From assembly GCA_977016875.1 (NCBI GenBank), contig CDRNST010000342.1:1-64000 (forward strand): a stretch of 64,000 nucleotides of DNA, written 5' to 3'. Under the pieces are notes generated by a model, which had not been told where the DNA came from, made no database searches, and saw only the letters and a program-made list of their open reading frames with translations. A program made the translations under genes and the position numbers. This DNA is from Pavona decussata (lineage: Eukaryota). Shown one piece after another: positions 61,358 through 64,000 of this stretch (position 1 is its first letter; each line of letters begins with the position of its first letter).

Positions 61358-63201
61358 CTCTATCCAGAAAAAGCCAAATGATATGGCACAGTGTTGGTGA
61401 GATCCAAGTGGCTCCTTTTGTTTTTGTTTCGCGTTTTATAATACACTGCTTTTGCTTGACCCTCTATGCTGTCGTAATCTGAGATCAGGTGTTCTTTTTT
61501 TCGGGGGAGCGCGAGAGTTGGCGGTCGGGAGAAGGGCCGAGGAAAAAAAAATAATTACCTCCGAATTCTCCCGACCGCCGTTTAGAAAAGAAAAAAGAAC
61601 GCCTAATGGCAGGTTACCGCTGTGGCGGTAACTTGTGCGAGAAAAAACTATAGAAGGCTCTCCTGTTTCAAGCACTTTCGCCCACGCACTGTAGCAAGAC
61701 TACTTATGACACGGCAACTAATGACTACTGAATCACTTTGACTGCGCTTTTATGGGGTGTATTTGGTATGGTGGATATTATCCATAGCACAGTCTATGCT
61801 TGATATTCTATTCACTCAGCTTCATGATAACGCATAAGCTGTTATTATAAGCCTCTTCCAGTCAAGTTTGTTTGTGGCTTGATAAACCAATGCGTGAGTA
61901 ACAGATGGAATTCTTAGGTCTTCTCTCCTGTTAGGCGTAGTTTTACTAGTCTATGCCTTGTTTAAGTTTCGGACTCGTTTCAAGTTTGTTATGGGGTTCT
62001 CACAAAAGGACTTCAGATTTCTACTTTGACATACGCATAATAAAACACTACAACAAGACAATTATTTCACTTTCTTTCTCATCGACTTGGAGCTGAGAAA
62101 GCAATGTGACTTCTCCTGAGTTGTATTTTAATGCGGCAGTCAAACTTTGTGACATAACATGACATATAAATCACAACAGTCATATAAAACGTGTATAATA
62201 ATTGATAATATTAACATTAGTAAAATTCTTGATGTATTGCACAGTCAGAGTTTTATAAATCTTATATCTGTCATGGCTATATTCATATAGTTCTGAGCAA
62301 TTAGTTACCAGCACAACTCTTTATCTTCTAACTAAGAGACGCTAACGTAAAAACCTAACGTCGCTTCAGCCTATCAGGGTAAAACTATTGTAGTCACGAT
62401 ATTTACAATTCAGTTCTGGCTTCAGCCAGCAAGAAAACACTTATTACAACAGTCCACTGAATGCTGCTACACTTAATGATAATGCTTTGCCATCAACCAA
62501 GTAAGACGTCCTCGAAAGTAAATACACCACATCTTCACGCTGGAGCTGCTGCTGTCTGTTTCTTGAATCTAAAGTTGACATGAAAACACACAGATTAAAA
62601 TCTGACATAGCTAGCCGCGCATTTTTCTCTCACGACCGTGCTGAATGTCTAGATACTTAGTTATTACAAAGAGAGCTTGACCTTGGCTTTCCTCTTACAT
62701 TACGATCCACACCACTTGCTGCAGTATCGAGCAGAATTTAGTAAAGACAACAAATATGCAAGCACCCCGCGCCTTTCAAACACCAAGGAATGGGGCCGTA
62801 GTCCAGCATAGCCTCTCTAAACCAGGCACATCATTGTGGTTACCAAAGCAATAAATCCCTCAGAAAGAGTTATTGCGCACGTGGTGAAAACTTTACTTAG
62901 CGTGTACTAATTTCAGTGGAGTGTTTTTTAGTTCTGTGATACATTATATCAAAAACATTAAAAATATCTCAGTGCACCACCGCAGCAGAACCGAGTTTCC
63001 GCAAGGCCGACCTTAAATGTCATACTGTCGTACCAATAATTATGATCGCATCAGTAATTTCAGTGCAACAGGGTAGAGGGATAAAAGGAAACGATGCCTA
63101 CCGCAAGAAACATGCGGCAACGACCGACGGCTAAAATGAAAACCATTGGGAAGACATGATGTGAGGTGGAGAGAAAATCGTGGAAAACTCTGCTCTCGGC
63201 C

Positions 63202-63402
63202 TTATTTGTGACAAACAGACACGAAGAGGATGTGATGTATGTACAAAATAAATCTCTCGTCGTGTTCACTTGGCAGTTTCTTCTCTCTATCTTCCCTTTC
63301 TGCTGGTTGATTCACCCACACATTTACACACAGCAATGTTATTACAGCTCCGATCAGGGCACTAAACACGGGGCTCTGCCAAAATTCGTCGGAGGGAAAC
63401 AT
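63202..63402 (-). pseudogene. HDERF-family subfamily C copy 2, stop and donor deleted (66 aa read-through)
   Basis: MFPSDEFWQSPVFSALIGAVITLLCVNVWVNQPAEREDREKKLPSEHDERF-ILYIHH...; a 25-nt deletion relative to 36452-36476 removes TGA TAA and GTGAGT. Confidence 0.7.
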
Positions 63403-64000
63403 GTTTGAAACGGTGCTTCTCAAATCGTGAACTGAGAGCGCGCGAAGTCACCACGATGGCAGCTATGTTGTTTTGATTTGGCGAGAATCGCTGTCGTATT
63501 TATAGTGCGTTGCCGGCACTGACACGCGCCTCATTCTCCCTTGAAATCTGATTGGTTCATTAGTTCCGGATCTGTCAAAACAAACCAATAAAAACCAGTT
63601 GCTCGCAACCTTTAGGGCTTAAGTCTGACTATTGCGGCTTCATCCTCCACTGACTTTGCAGTGATCATGATATTTCGCACCTCAGAAAACCATAAAGTCT
63701 AACCAAAAACATGACTTTGTATTGATCGAATAATCGTGGTTTACTTTTGTCAGTGGTGCACAGAAAATGGAACTGCAAAAATGATTGCAACTTGGTAAAT
63801 TGGAGAAGTCGCTAAGTTTGACTACACTGAATACAGCAAAATTCTCTGTGGCAGTGTCCCTTCAACGTGGTAAACATTGGATCTTTTTTGGATGTCTTTT
63901 GGTGCAGCATAAAGCACCACAAAGTCGCCTTTTTCAAAGATTCACCCTGCAGAAAAGGCTAGTAGCTGCTGTCATCTGAGACGATAAGTACGTGAAAGGA

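Overview
Eukaryotic genomic DNA with three N gaps (2274-2449, 33078-33214, 59164-59517). The spliceosomal intron signals and repeat types suggest a marine invertebrate, probably a scleractinian coral (inference only). Most of the window is a tandem/segmental duplication array with a ~6.7-8 kb unit, diverged copies and one inverted block. The array carries a family of 13 small genes, several below the 60-aa ORF-track cutoff, encoding 45-86 aa single-hydrophobic-segment microproteins in four subfamilies (A MLPSGK.., B METCFS.., C MFPxDxFWQS.., D MFPSxE..). Intact members share K-x-W after the hydrophobic helix, a C-terminal K-x-P-x-E-[HN]-D-E-R-(F) tail, and a GT(A/G)AGT splice donor 4-11 nt after the stop; many have TATA/CCAAT motifs upstream. 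Eight copies are intact and five are disabled by different lesions. Inserted in the array is a degenerate ~6.9 kb DIRS/PAT-type tyrosine-recombinase retrotransposon with split direct repeats, gag zinc knuckle, RT-RNaseH-methylase-like and ALOG-domain recombinase regions. Its three ORFs each have an in-phase splice acceptor compatible with one shared leader exon. Also present: a truncated FoxJ1 pseudogene fragment, Penelope-like RT remnants, a 5'-truncated LINE with TSD, many MITEs, and three in-phase 3' exons of an unidentified gene at 59.0-60.4 kb. No rRNA, tRNA or CRISPR was seen.
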